Below, one piece after another: positions 18,002 through 25,977 of a stretch of 25,977 nucleotides of DNA. Numbering within the stretch: the stretch's first letter is position 1; every line of letters starts with the position of its first letter. The notes under the pieces were generated by a model that was not told where the DNA came from, did no database searches, and saw nothing but the letters and a program-made list of their open reading frames with translations. The position numbers were made by a program, and so were the translations under genes. This DNA is from Candidatus Bathyarchaeia archaeon (GTDB lineage Archaea > Thermoproteota > Bathyarchaeia > Bathyarchaeales > Bathycorpusculaceae): NCBI GenBank assembly GCA_050012255.1, contig JBEKHN010000025.1:1-25977 (forward strand). Reading direction: 5' to 3'.

Positions 18002-18703
18002 ATGTTAAAGAGAATTGTTTCTGCGATAACAGTGGCAGTCCTCCTATTGTCAGTCGCCGTTTCGATCGGAGTAGCGAGCGCGCAGGTAGGCGTGAAGACT
18101 GGCGATTGGATAAAAGTTGACTATACCGTCACTGGCGCTCCTTCAGGAACGCAGTTGCCTCAATGGCTGAAAGTGGAGTTTCTGAGCGTTGAGGGAACAA
18201 ACGCTAGTGTTCGGGTGACTATGCACATGTCTGATGGAACAGAGCAGAATGCAACCGCACCTGTGGATGTTGTTAGCGGGGGCGGTGAAGCTTTTGGGCT
18301 TTCTGGGTTTGTCATTCCTGCTAACCTGACAGTTGGAGACGTCGTCTACATGAGTGGATATGGCAACGTAACAATTGCTGGCGAAAAAACAGACTCCTAT
18401 GCTGGAGCAAGCAGAACGGTCGTTTATGCGAGCTTCTCGCAGTATGGAATTCAACTCACGTATTACTGGGATAAGCTAACGGGAGTTTTAGTGGAAGCGG
18501 GCGTAGTTTCTGGAAGCATGACAGCAACTGGTAAGACAACGGAAACGAACATGTGGGAAGCTGGCCCCTCTGGCCTTCCAATAGAACCAATCTACCTCTA
18601 CATCATAGCGGCATCGGTGATAATAGTCGCGGTAGGAGCAGCAGTCTTCATGGTGCGGAGAAGAAAGAAACCTCCAGAAGAAGTTGAAAGCCCGCAGATC
18701 TAG
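18002..18703 (+). CDS. Secreted/surface protein with C-terminal TM anchor
   Basis: Signal peptide, VGVKTGDWIKVDY, YYWDKLTGVLVE, TM followed by RRRKK. Confidence 0.88.
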   Translation: MLKRIVSAITVAVLLLSVAVSIGVASAQVGVKTGDWIKVDYTVTGAPSGTQLPQWLKVEFLSVEGTNASVRVTMHMSDGTEQNATAPVDVVSGGGEAFGLSGFVIPANLTVGDVVYMSGYGNVTIAGEKTDSYAGASRTVVYASFSQYGIQLTYYWDKLTGVLVEAGVVSGSMTATGKTTETNMWEAGPSGLPIEPIYLYIIAASVIIVAVGAAVFMVRRRKKPPEEVESPQI

Positions 18704-19098
18704 AAAGCCGATTATCCATTTTTCTCACAAAGAGTCTCATCATAAGAGTCTTTCAAAGGAGACAAGATAAGCGCGCGCTGGGTTCAGGATGTGAATAAGT
18801 TCACACTTTGCGCGCGTTATCCACAATATCAGCATTTAAGGTGGCATCGGTCGACCAAGAAGCAAAAGCAAGCGGAACAATCTACATCGGGGCAGACGGA
18901 AGCGTTGGCCACCCAACAACGCGCCCTAAGAGAGGATAACATAAATGATGCAGAATAGAGCTTATTGCAATTGCTTTAACGGTGTTCTTCGAAGTAATTT
19001 GGCGTGGAATAGAATGCGGAATGAAGGGGAAGAAGATGCGAAATCTGGATTGGAATAGAAAGGAGTCCCATCGTAATCTCCTCAAGATCAGTTTGAAA

Positions 19099-19446
19099 AT
19101 GGATCTGAAGGCAGGCCCTACTCTTGTCTTCGAATCTGGCAGAAGGAAGGTTGGTTTCGCTTTCTGTCACAGAAGGCAGGATCGTTCTTTAAAGATTTCA
19201 AGATACACTCTTCCCCTGTGCGCCAGGTGTACTGGCCTTTGGTTGGGTTTTGTAATGGGACTTTCGCTTCGCGTTGCAGGGTTGCATATGCCTCTGCTGT
19301 TTGCGCTTGCACTTATGCTGCCCCTGATAGTAGATGGTCTTACGCAACTCGTTGGATTCAGAATGAGTAACAATCAACTCAGACTGATTAGCGGTGTCCT
19401 CTTCGGAATAGCTACAAACATGTTGTTTCTCTGGATGAAATTGTAG
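19099..19446 (+). CDS. DUF2085 family membrane protein
   Basis: FCHRRQDRS...PLCARCTG...DGLTQ.VG.RMSNNQLRLISG motifs. Start uncertain (ORF is open from 18982). Confidence 0.85.
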   Translation: MDLKAGPTLVFESGRRKVGFAFCHRRQDRSLKISRYTLPLCARCTGLWLGFVMGLSLRVAGLHMPLLFALALMLPLIVDGLTQLVGFRMSNNQLRLISGVLFGIATNMLFLWMKL

Positions 19447-19457
19447 GAGGCAGGAAA

Positions 19458-19979
19458 TTGAGTGAAGAAGGGGGAGACTGGACCGGAGTGTGCGTAAATA
19501 TCTTGGTAGCAATCGGATTTGCCTTCTTAGTAGTGTGGGCTGAAGAAAATCCCTTTTTGGCCACGGTGATGGTGACGACTTTTCTGGGCTTCATGATGGT
19601 TGCGTTGCCCCTATTCATATTCACTAAGAGCGTGGCGTTAAGGAGAGATATGGAGGCAAAGCAGAAAATGAAGTGGGGCATAGTCGTTGGTTACTTCATC
19701 GGCCTCTTCACGTTGATTTCAAGCATCCTTTTCAAATTTGTTACTGGCCTCTTTGCTGTTTTTGGTGTTTGTGCGTTTGCTGGTACTGCGGTGATCGCTG
19801 TTGCACGCTACGTTTACAAAGATTGGTTGAAGGAGAACGAGCGGAAGAGAAGGAAAGCCTTGGCTTGGGAGAGGAAGGATCAGTTGGAACAGTTGAAGGA
19901 ACAACTGGACAGAGGCGTTATCTCGCAAGAGGAGTATGAGCAGCAGAAGAAGAAGCTGCTTGACAAATCTGAGACATGA
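19458..19979 (+). CDS. 4-TM membrane protein with C-terminal SHOCT domain
   Basis: Four hydrophobic segments, then LEQLKEQLDRGVISQEEYEQQKKKLL; AGGAGG SD upstream. Confidence 0.85.
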   Translation: MSEEGGDWTGVCVNILVAIGFAFLVVWAEENPFLATVMVTTFLGFMMVALPLFIFTKSVALRRDMEAKQKMKWGIVVGYFIGLFTLISSILFKFVTGLFAVFGVCAFAGTAVIAVARYVYKDWLKENERKRRKALAWERKDQLEQLKEQLDRGVISQEEYEQQKKKLLDKSET

Positions 19980-20129
19980 TGTTTGTCGGCGCTCAGCAGG
20001 GCGGAGTTGGATTCATTCCTTCAGCATTTTTTCTCTGGTCCGTAGATTAGCCGCGAACTGACCCGTGTTCCCAACGCGCGCGAGCTCGGCGCAAGAGATG
20101 CTTCTTCACTCAGGCAGGGCAGAGTTTGA

Positions 20130-21230
20130 CTAAGGGTTTGTAGTTTCCTTGCCCAGTCCTTCTCCGCAGTTTCCGCAGAATTTCATTCCAACAGGATTTT
20201 TCGTGCCGCATTTTGGGCAGGTGATCTCTGTTCCTGTTTGCGTAGCAAGAGGAGCTCCGCAGCTTCCGCAGAACTTCATTCCAGCATTGTTCTCAGCCTT
20301 GCACTTGGGGCAGATTACCTTTGGCGCCGGGGCTAGAGCTGTACCGCAGGTTCCGCAGAACTTGGTTGCAACAGGATTTTTGGCTCCGCAGTTTTGACAG
20401 ATAACCACTTGCTGGGCTTGCGCACCCTGCGCCTGTTGCATCTGCTGAGCCATCAAGAGAGGCATTGTCAAACCCATCCCAGCGCCGACGCCGGCCGCAG
20501 CTGCTCCCCCACCTTCGGATCCTTTGAGTTCGGTCGCCGTTTCTTTCATGTACTGCATCACCATGGCTTGCGCTCCGACGCCGGATGCGAACCTTCTGGC
20601 TTCTTCTGGAATCTTGACGCCTTCAAAGAGGCAGTCTATGACTTTTAGACCGACTCTTGCCGCTTCGTCGCCGATCTTTAATGTCACCTTGTCTGTGGTG
20701 GCATCAACGTTCTTGACCAGAGTGAAGATGTCGAAGCCGCCGAATTCGTTTATGATTCGCTCGTTTATGAAACCTCTGATATAGTTTTCAACGTCTCTTG
20801 ACGTGCTGGAACCTTTGTTGCCGAAGAATTCCACGACGAAGAGTTTTGGATCTTCGATCTTGTAGAGTAAGTAGCCGAAGAAGCCGAGTTCTGCCTGATA
20901 TTTTATGTCTCCACTGGGTGCCGAGTACGCTGTGCCTCCGAAGTTGCCTCTGAACTGGCTGTTGCAGATGAACACAACTTCGCAGTCAAAGATATCGCCT
21001 ATAATCCCTAAGGCTTTAAGAGCACCGGTTAGAAGCGGAATATTGTTGCTGGTTATGGTGTGTCTTCCTGGACCAAAGACGTCATAGGCTTTTCCGTCTC
21101 GGAAGAATACGCCCCACTGATTTTCCTTGACTATCACTTGGCTCCCATACTTGAGTGAGAGTTTCGGGAACCTGTAGGCTATATCATCTGGTCCTGCATA
21201 ATCCCAAGCGACTTTTTCAATTATGGGCAT
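20130..21230 (-). CDS. SPFH (band-7, YdjI-like) protein with three C-terminal zinc-ribbon repeats
   Basis: GSQVIVKENQWGVFFRDGKAYDVFGPGRHT, Gly/Ala-rich linker, three CxxC...KFCGxCG repeats. Confidence 0.92.
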   Translation of the reverse strand: MPIIEKVAWDYAGPDDIAYRFPKLSLKYGSQVIVKENQWGVFFRDGKAYDVFGPGRHTITSNNIPLLTGALKALGIIGDIFDCEVVFICNSQFRGNFGGTAYSAPSGDIKYQAELGFFGYLLYKIEDPKLFVVEFFGNKGSSTSRDVENYIRGFINERIINEFGGFDIFTLVKNVDATTDKVTLKIGDEAARVGLKVIDCLFEGVKIPEEARRFASGVGAQAMVMQYMKETATELKGSEGGGAAAAGVGAGMGLTMPLLMAQQMQQAQGAQAQQVVICQNCGAKNPVATKFCGTCGTALAPAPKVICPKCKAENNAGMKFCGSCGAPLATQTGTEITCPKCGTKNPVGMKFCGNCGEGLGKETTNP

Positions 21231-21235
21231 TTAAT

Positions 21236-21763
21236 CTACGCCTCCGTTGGTCTGAATTGTTGTTCCCTTTCATCCCATTTAGACTCGAAACTGAGTATTA
21301 AGGATTTGATGTTCCTGGCTTTGGTCGATGCTTCGGTCCATCTTTCTGCTTGGCTATCGTCATAGAGTTCGCTAACTGCCTTTGTCATTGCTTCGATATC
21401 TTCGCTTAGAGTCTTGTCGTAGTTGAATACGCGCGCCAGCTCGGTTTCTCTTATGGCGCCTTTTCGGTCCATCAGTCCTGCGTAGCCGTAGTCGGCATGG
21501 TTGACTTTTTCCGCGACCCTGTCAATGATTTGTACCACTTTTTTGAAGTCGTCGGAAGCCTTTCCTATGTTCAATGCGGCAAGGTAGATTTCTTCCCATC
21601 TGTGCCGCAACTTTTTGAAGTCGTCGTAATAGAGGTCTCTTAATTTCTTGTCCAGCTCTCGCAGATCTTCCTTGTTTGCGTATCCCGCACCGAACAGGTT
21701 TTGGGCTTTAGCAAGTATTCCCTGCTTCTCCTTCACTCTTTCTATTGTTTCTCGTTCCGACAA
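21236..21763 (-). CDS. Conserved all-helical hypothetical protein
   Basis: GYANKEDLRELDKKLR...ADYGYAGLMD...IRETEL; 5-10 nt gaps to both neighbours. Confidence 0.85.
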   Translation of the reverse strand: MSERETIERVKEKQGILAKAQNLFGAGYANKEDLRELDKKLRDLYYDDFKKLRHRWEEIYLAALNIGKASDDFKKVVQIIDRVAEKVNHADYGYAGLMDRKGAIRETELARVFNYDKTLSEDIEAMTKAVSELYDDSQAERWTEASTKARNIKSLILSFESKWDEREQQFRPTEA

Positions 21764-21773
21764 TTTTCTAGCA

Positions 21774-23048
21774 CTATCCTATTTTGAAAAGTGGTCTTCC
21801 GCCACCTAGAATTTTGCCCTCGCAACCGTCCACGGCAATTACATAGTTTTCTCCTTTTAGCGTGTACTGCACGAACCACACAGGTGCATGCACAAGCTCT
21901 CCTTCTCCAAGAGCAACTGTTACGCTGCAAGTTTCAAGCGAGTCCACTTTTCCACTCGCTATCAGTCTTTCTTTGGCTTCAACCTCCGACTTTATCATCA
22001 TCTTGGCTTCTTCCTCGTTCAATTCTATGTTGAGGAATTCAGCGTCCTGTGGAAGCCTGCCCACATCAAAAGGTATCTTCCTCGCCGCAGGGACATCGTA
22101 AAAGTTGATTTCGCTTATCAGTGTCCGTCTGGCCAGTGTTGGCCAAATGTAGCTGTTTGAGAACGAATAGGAGACGCTCGTTGGCGTTTTGTCTTTTTGC
22201 TGGCTTCCGGCGTATGCCTCGGCTCCCGCGAGAACCAGCTTGCCAAATTTCTTCAGTTTGCTTGATCTTTTGTCCGTGATCGCCTCTTGGGCTTGGTGGA
22301 TTTCCCCCATGAATCCTGTCCCTGTCCTACCGCTGATGAAGGTGCTTGTATTTGCTGGGCAAACCCAAAAGGGAATATAGCGAAGTTTCGCGTTTGCGAT
22401 TGACGCGTCCTTAGAAACTCCTACTCTTAAGAGACCTTTGTCCATGTATTTCTGGGCGGCTTCAACTGCCTGCTGAGCGAATAAATGATTCTCCAGCATA
22501 CTATGTCTCTTTATTTCTTCTCCAGTGCCGATGGTCATCGTGAATCCGCAGTATCTGCATGTGATTATCAGGTCTTCTTGGGTCGCGCTCAGTGGACCGC
22601 CACACTTGCTGCAGCTAGTGGGTGGCGGTTGCATAGGTTTTGGTACTGGTTGAGCAACGGGCTGAACTGGAGTTGCCTGCAACGGGACCGTTGGCGCTCC
22701 AGGCGCCACTGGTATCACTGGGGATGGCTGAGGCGAAACCATTTCCGTGTGACTCTTGAATACTTGAGGATTCTTGGCCGATGCCAGAATGTTATCCTCA
22801 ACGATGAACCAAGCGTCTTGGTTGTTTTCCATTATTCCAGAAACCAAGAAATCGTCTGGAAGGCCTTTCACGCTTACAGTCTCCTTTGCTCCGAACATGC
22901 CGGGCCTTTTGTATTCGATCAGAAAACTCGTCTCGCCTGTCAGTAGGCGTTCAATTTTGTATCCTCGCTGCTCCATGGAGGATTTAAGTTTCTCTTGAAG
23001 AGCCTTAATGTCGACTCCGAGTCCCTGGTAACGCGCCACAATCATCAT
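21774..23048 (-). CDS. Zn-ribbon protein (YdjG-like) with Pro-rich linker
   Basis: CSKCGG...TCRYCG, LRYIPFWV, LVHAPVWFVQY, VDGCEGKILGG; ATG at 23048. Confidence 0.85.
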   Translation of the reverse strand: MMIVARYQGLGVDIKALQEKLKSSMEQRGYKIERLLTGETSFLIEYKRPGMFGAKETVSVKGLPDDFLVSGIMENNQDAWFIVEDNILASAKNPQVFKSHTEMVSPQPSPVIPVAPGAPTVPLQATPVQPVAQPVPKPMQPPPTSCSKCGGPLSATQEDLIITCRYCGFTMTIGTGEEIKRHSMLENHLFAQQAVEAAQKYMDKGLLRVGVSKDASIANAKLRYIPFWVCPANTSTFISGRTGTGFMGEIHQAQEAITDKRSSKLKKFGKLVLAGAEAYAGSQQKDKTPTSVSYSFSNSYIWPTLARRTLISEINFYDVPAARKIPFDVGRLPQDAEFLNIELNEEEAKMMIKSEVEAKERLIASGKVDSLETCSVTVALGEGELVHAPVWFVQYTLKGENYVIAVDGCEGKILGGGRPLFKIG

Positions 23049-23058
23049 CCCGGCGCGT

Positions 23059-23637
23059 TTAGAATTTGCGAACCCCTTGTGCCCCTTCTCGTGCTTCCTC
23101 ACTGTATTTGCGGTTCCAAACTTCTTCCAAGTTATGGCCGCATTTTGGACAGGCCTTAATAGGTTCTGACAGCGGTTGCGTTATGAAGCCGCAGCCGCCA
23201 TATTGCCTGGGACATTCGATTACGTATGGAAAGTTTATAGCGGGCTTCACTTCATGCGTTAAGTCGGGTCTGCCCTGAATTGTCGCAACCCCTTTGATTT
23301 TCACTTCCAGCTCTGTGAACGGGTCAGGTTTCGAAAACTGCGGGATGTCTATCTGAAAGGGCTGCTCGTAGTGCTGCCCCTGCGACAACTTGACAGGAGC
23401 TCCTACAGTGATCTTTCTTCCTTCTAATGATGAGCTACCGCTGAAACTGCTGAACCCTTGCTTCCATTTCACCTTTTTGTTGCCGCCGAATTCCAAGCGA
23501 AACTCGTCCACTGCAATGTTTTCTTGCGGATCTAGCACTATTTGTCCAGTCAGTTTATCTGTACTCTCGAACGCCACTTCGCTGAGCTTCAACTCTATTT
23601 TTGCTTTTGGCGCCGAGAACTTCTTGAAAAAACCCGT
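23059..23637 (-). CDS. Arrestin-N/Spo0M-like beta-sandwich protein with C-terminal zinc ribbon
   Basis: KIELKL...DKLTGQIVL...FRLEFGG...YEQPFQIDIP...IKGVATIQGRPDL, then CPRQYGGCG...CPKCG. The start codon is unusual (see findings). Confidence 0.75.
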   Translation of the reverse strand, partial: TGFFKKFSAPKAKIELKLSEVAFESTDKLTGQIVLDPQENIAVDEFRLEFGGNKKVKWKQGFSSFSGSSSLEGRKITVGAPVKLSQGQHYEQPFQIDIPQFSKPDPFTELEVKIKGVATIQGRPDLTHEVKPAINFPYVIECPRQYGGCGFITQPLSEPIKACPKCGHNLEEVWNRKYSEEAREGAQGVRKF

Positions 23638-23677
23638 GGTCTTCTCTCCTTCCTTAGGATGTTTGAACAGAACGCAC

Positions 23678-23705
23678 ATTTAAGAAGCACGCACGATACG
23701 TGAGT
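23678..23705 (-). promoter_or_regulatory. Operator ACGCACG-ATA-CGTGAGT plus adjacent TATA-like box (copy 3)
   Basis: 27/28 identical to 13316..13343; lies between the SPFH operon and the 7TM/wHTH pair. Confidence 0.75.
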
Positions 23706-23762
23706 CTGATAGAGCGTATTGCATGCGAAAACGAGATAAGTCACAAAGCTCAATCTAGAAAC

Positions 23763-24458
23763 ATGAGCAATGTGGCCTTGGTTCTGGCTGAGCTTGTTTC
23801 TGCGGCGCTGAGCTTCACTCTGGTGAGGTTTATGGTGAAGCCCTATCTATACACTGGTGAAGGTCGATATGTTGGGTTGCCGTTTGGATTCGCTTTTCTG
23901 GGCGCATCATATCTTTTCATGGGGCTCACCTTCTTTATGGAGAGCCATCCTTTTGTTGAAGAAATGAAATGGCTACAGCTTTTCACAGAAGTTTATGCGT
24001 TCGCTTTTCTTGCCATAACATACTACTTTTCGCAGAAAGAGTTTCAACGTGGTACGCGCTTGTGGTGGCAGTTTGTTTTTTCAGGGCTGATTGTCGGATT
24101 GATCGCTACATACTTTGTCATATTCGAACCTTATTCTCCCATGTTCACCTTGCCCAACTATGATGTAGCAAATAGATACATAAGCGTCTTTGACATTATT
24201 TTTGCTTCATATGTTTCTGTTTACACATTTAGGAGTCACGCGTTGAACCCAGACCCCAAGACGTTGTGGGCACCGCTCGGTTACCTTTTGATTGCCTTCG
24301 GTGAATACTCTTCTCTGATATGGTCGTGGGATTCAAGCTTTTCAGCCCTTGTAGGCGCATACACTATTCGGTTGACAGGCTTGTTTGTCTTTTTGCTAGT
24401 ATCCTATGGAGTTTTCAGTGCATCGCAAGCACCGCAGACAGAAAAGGGTCTCAAATGA
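23763..24458 (+). CDS. 7-TM membrane protein (putative sensor)
   Basis: Seven hydrophobic helices in 231 aa; TM1-3 and TM5-7 look internally repeated. Confidence 0.85.
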   Translation: MSNVALVLAELVSAALSFTLVRFMVKPYLYTGEGRYVGLPFGFAFLGASYLFMGLTFFMESHPFVEEMKWLQLFTEVYAFAFLAITYYFSQKEFQRGTRLWWQFVFSGLIVGLIATYFVIFEPYSPMFTLPNYDVANRYISVFDIIFASYVSVYTFRSHALNPDPKTLWAPLGYLLIAFGEYSSLIWSWDSSFSALVGAYTIRLTGLFVFLLVSYGVFSASQAPQTEKGLK

Positions 24459-24742
24459 AAAGGCTTGCTCGGAGAGACAAGATGAAAATTTATCGTGACG
24501 TACTCTCCGCCATTCAGAGTGAGACAGGCAATGGAGAAATCGTCTTCACTCGTGTTCAGCAAAGAACAAATGTTCCCTTTGACCGTCTCAAGACATACAT
24601 AACAGAACTCGTAGCATTAGGCCTAATCCAAAGCGAATGCTCGCCACAACTGACGGAAAAGGGCGATCAATATTTAGCTGAATATGAGAAAGTGTTAGAT
24701 TTTATGAAACGCATGGGATTGGCATATCGGGAAAAGAGTTGA
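24455..24742 (+). CDS. Winged-helix transcriptional regulator (COG3432-like)
   Basis: RRDKMKIYRDVL...TRVQQRTNVPFDRLKTYITELVALGLI...LTEKG; ATGA overlap with the 7TM gene. Confidence 0.88.
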   Translation: MKRLARRDKMKIYRDVLSAIQSETGNGEIVFTRVQQRTNVPFDRLKTYITELVALGLIQSECSPQLTEKGDQYLAEYEKVLDFMKRMGLAYREKS

Positions 24743-25041
24743 TGCCGTCGAGACGAAGCGTGTTTGCTGAAACAAGCACTAGCAAGGTTGAAAGGGAAAA
24801 GGAAAGACAGAAGATCTTCTAAGAAACAAACACGGCTAAAATGCGCAGAGGCTAACTTGCCTGTCACATTATGTTTGGCCTGCGCGGACTTCACAGAACG
24901 ATTCAACGTGGGTGAATGTCCCTAGTTTTTGCCCTGCAATTAAACGAACCAGCTTTGCAAGAAGTGCGCGTTAATGAGCAAGGGAATTAAATGCGAAGGT
25001 TCCATTCTTACATATTCGGAAACGAAGTTGCAGGTTTTCGT

Positions 25042-25485
25042 CTAGTGTTCTGCTGCTCCCCTAGCCGCTTCCTTTCCTATTGTTGCACGTGTGGATTCAA
25101 AAGCCTTTTCGGCCCTCTTCGCCTCTTCCGTATCCCTTAGTGCCCTTTCCTTCTCCTTAGCAATCAACTCGTTCAGTTTGTCAATGAAAGGTTCGGCCTC
25201 CTTCTCATCGAGAGGAAGGATAAGGTCCTTTCGCGAAGGAATATCTATCTTGACTCTTCCTTTCTTGTCCAGGCCAACGGACCTTATGTCTCGCAGCCGA
25301 ACATCAAGAGGAATCGCTGTCTGGAACAATAAACCCACACTGTCCCGAAAAGCTGGTTTTGCCTCCATCAGCTTCTCCAACTCCCTCTTGGCTCCCTCTT
25401 TCAAGTCAACCTTCAGAAGAGTCGCGTAAAGTCTGACCACAAAGTGGGGGTTATCAACTGTCATCACAGCGTCTTCATCACTCAT
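25042..25485 (-). CDS. Hypothetical protein, possibly PH-like fold with coiled tail
   Basis: Beta-rich core (VRLRDIRSV...VKIDIP...LILPL) capped by the helix EAEPFIDKLNELI; TATA-like sequence upstream. Confidence 0.8.
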   Translation of the reverse strand: MSDEDAVMTVDNPHFVVRLYATLLKVDLKEGAKRELEKLMEAKPAFRDSVGLLFQTAIPLDVRLRDIRSVGLDKKGRVKIDIPSRKDLILPLDEKEAEPFIDKLNELIAKEKERALRDTEEAKRAEKAFESTRATIGKEAARGAAEH

Positions 25486-25977
25486 ATCAAGCCACGATTA
25501 ATCGTATAAACATTAGTTGATTTAAGATTTGCGCCATGCAAAACTTGCCGCGCTCGCGGGCGAAAGCAAAGCTTGGAATGCGTCTGAAAACGTTGCCATC
25601 ACCATCAGATTGACAGCGTCGTAGAAAGCAACGGCAGTAAACTGAACGTCGTGAAATGTTCGTTTAAACCCCTTGTCAATTAGCGTGCGTACAAGATGCG
25701 GTGCGACGGCGGAGCGCATTGCGCGCTCACTACCCTTGCCCAGATTCTCTGCGAAGCCTTCAGCACACACTTGGCCTCGGGCCCCCGCCAATCCACTAGG
25801 GCCTTCACGAACGCCTACGTGCAGTACTAGTACCCTAGGGGGGAGGGGGAGGGTGAAATAGACGGGGTCAAAACGCGAACACAGGGGTAGCGTATTCCAC
25901 AAAAAAGGACTTCGCTTTTAGAAAGTTGTGAAGCCGCTGACCGTTTTCTTGTCGAACCTTTTGACCAGTTCCAGCGT

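Noticed and set aside
18790-18825. DnaA boxes (TGTGAATAA ... TTATCCACA) suggesting an origin
   Set aside because: The context is archaeal, there are only two boxes and no cdc6/ORB nearby; at most an inverted repeat
20149-23683. Plus-strand ORFs opposite the SPFH operon (and similar shadows opposite dph5, modA and the surface proteins)
   Set aside because: Antisense shadows of well-supported genes with no recognisable motifs
24320-24454. Longer 140-aa version of the wHTH
   Set aside because: It overlaps the 7TM gene out of frame; the ATGA-coupled start at 24455 gives a typical domain
23763-24458. Microbial rhodopsin or true GPCR
   Set aside because: No retinal-binding Lys in helix 7 (YTIRLTG) and no GPCR motifs; seven helices alone are not evidence
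25522-25902. 126-aa ORF
   Set aside because: Atypical composition, spans the G-tract and has no motif; likely non-coding

Overview
Archaeal genomic window, most likely Bathyarchaeia. That assignment is inferred from the archaeal tRNA, the dph5-DUF357-ribL-rhomboid operon, PEF-CTERM beta-helix surface proteins and many small CxxC proteins. Positions 1-5.6 kb are a patchy accessory region downstream of a truncated tRNA: small Zn-finger/HTH genes, a radical SAM enzyme, a signal-less ModA-like protein and several tRNA/integrase remnants. At 5687-8499 a 2.76-kb SSV1-type integrative element sits in tRNA-Lys(CTT), with a perfect 55-bp att repeat, a split integrase, a HEPN-motif cargo gene and five CTACACAAAA boxes. 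A housekeeping operon follows at 8.8-11 kb, then surface and membrane proteins at 11-20 kb. At 20-24.7 kb an arrestin-like/Zn-ribbon/helical/SPFH operon is divergent from a coupled 7TM + winged-helix pair. The most interesting signal is a 17-bp palindromic operator, AC[T/G]CACG-N3-CGTGAGT. It occurs three times at identical spacing to a TATA-like box and links the SPFH operon and two surface-protein loci into a candidate membrane-sensor-controlled regulon. There is also a strong excess of intergenic (CG)n runs. All protein family calls are from motif recognition, not database searches.
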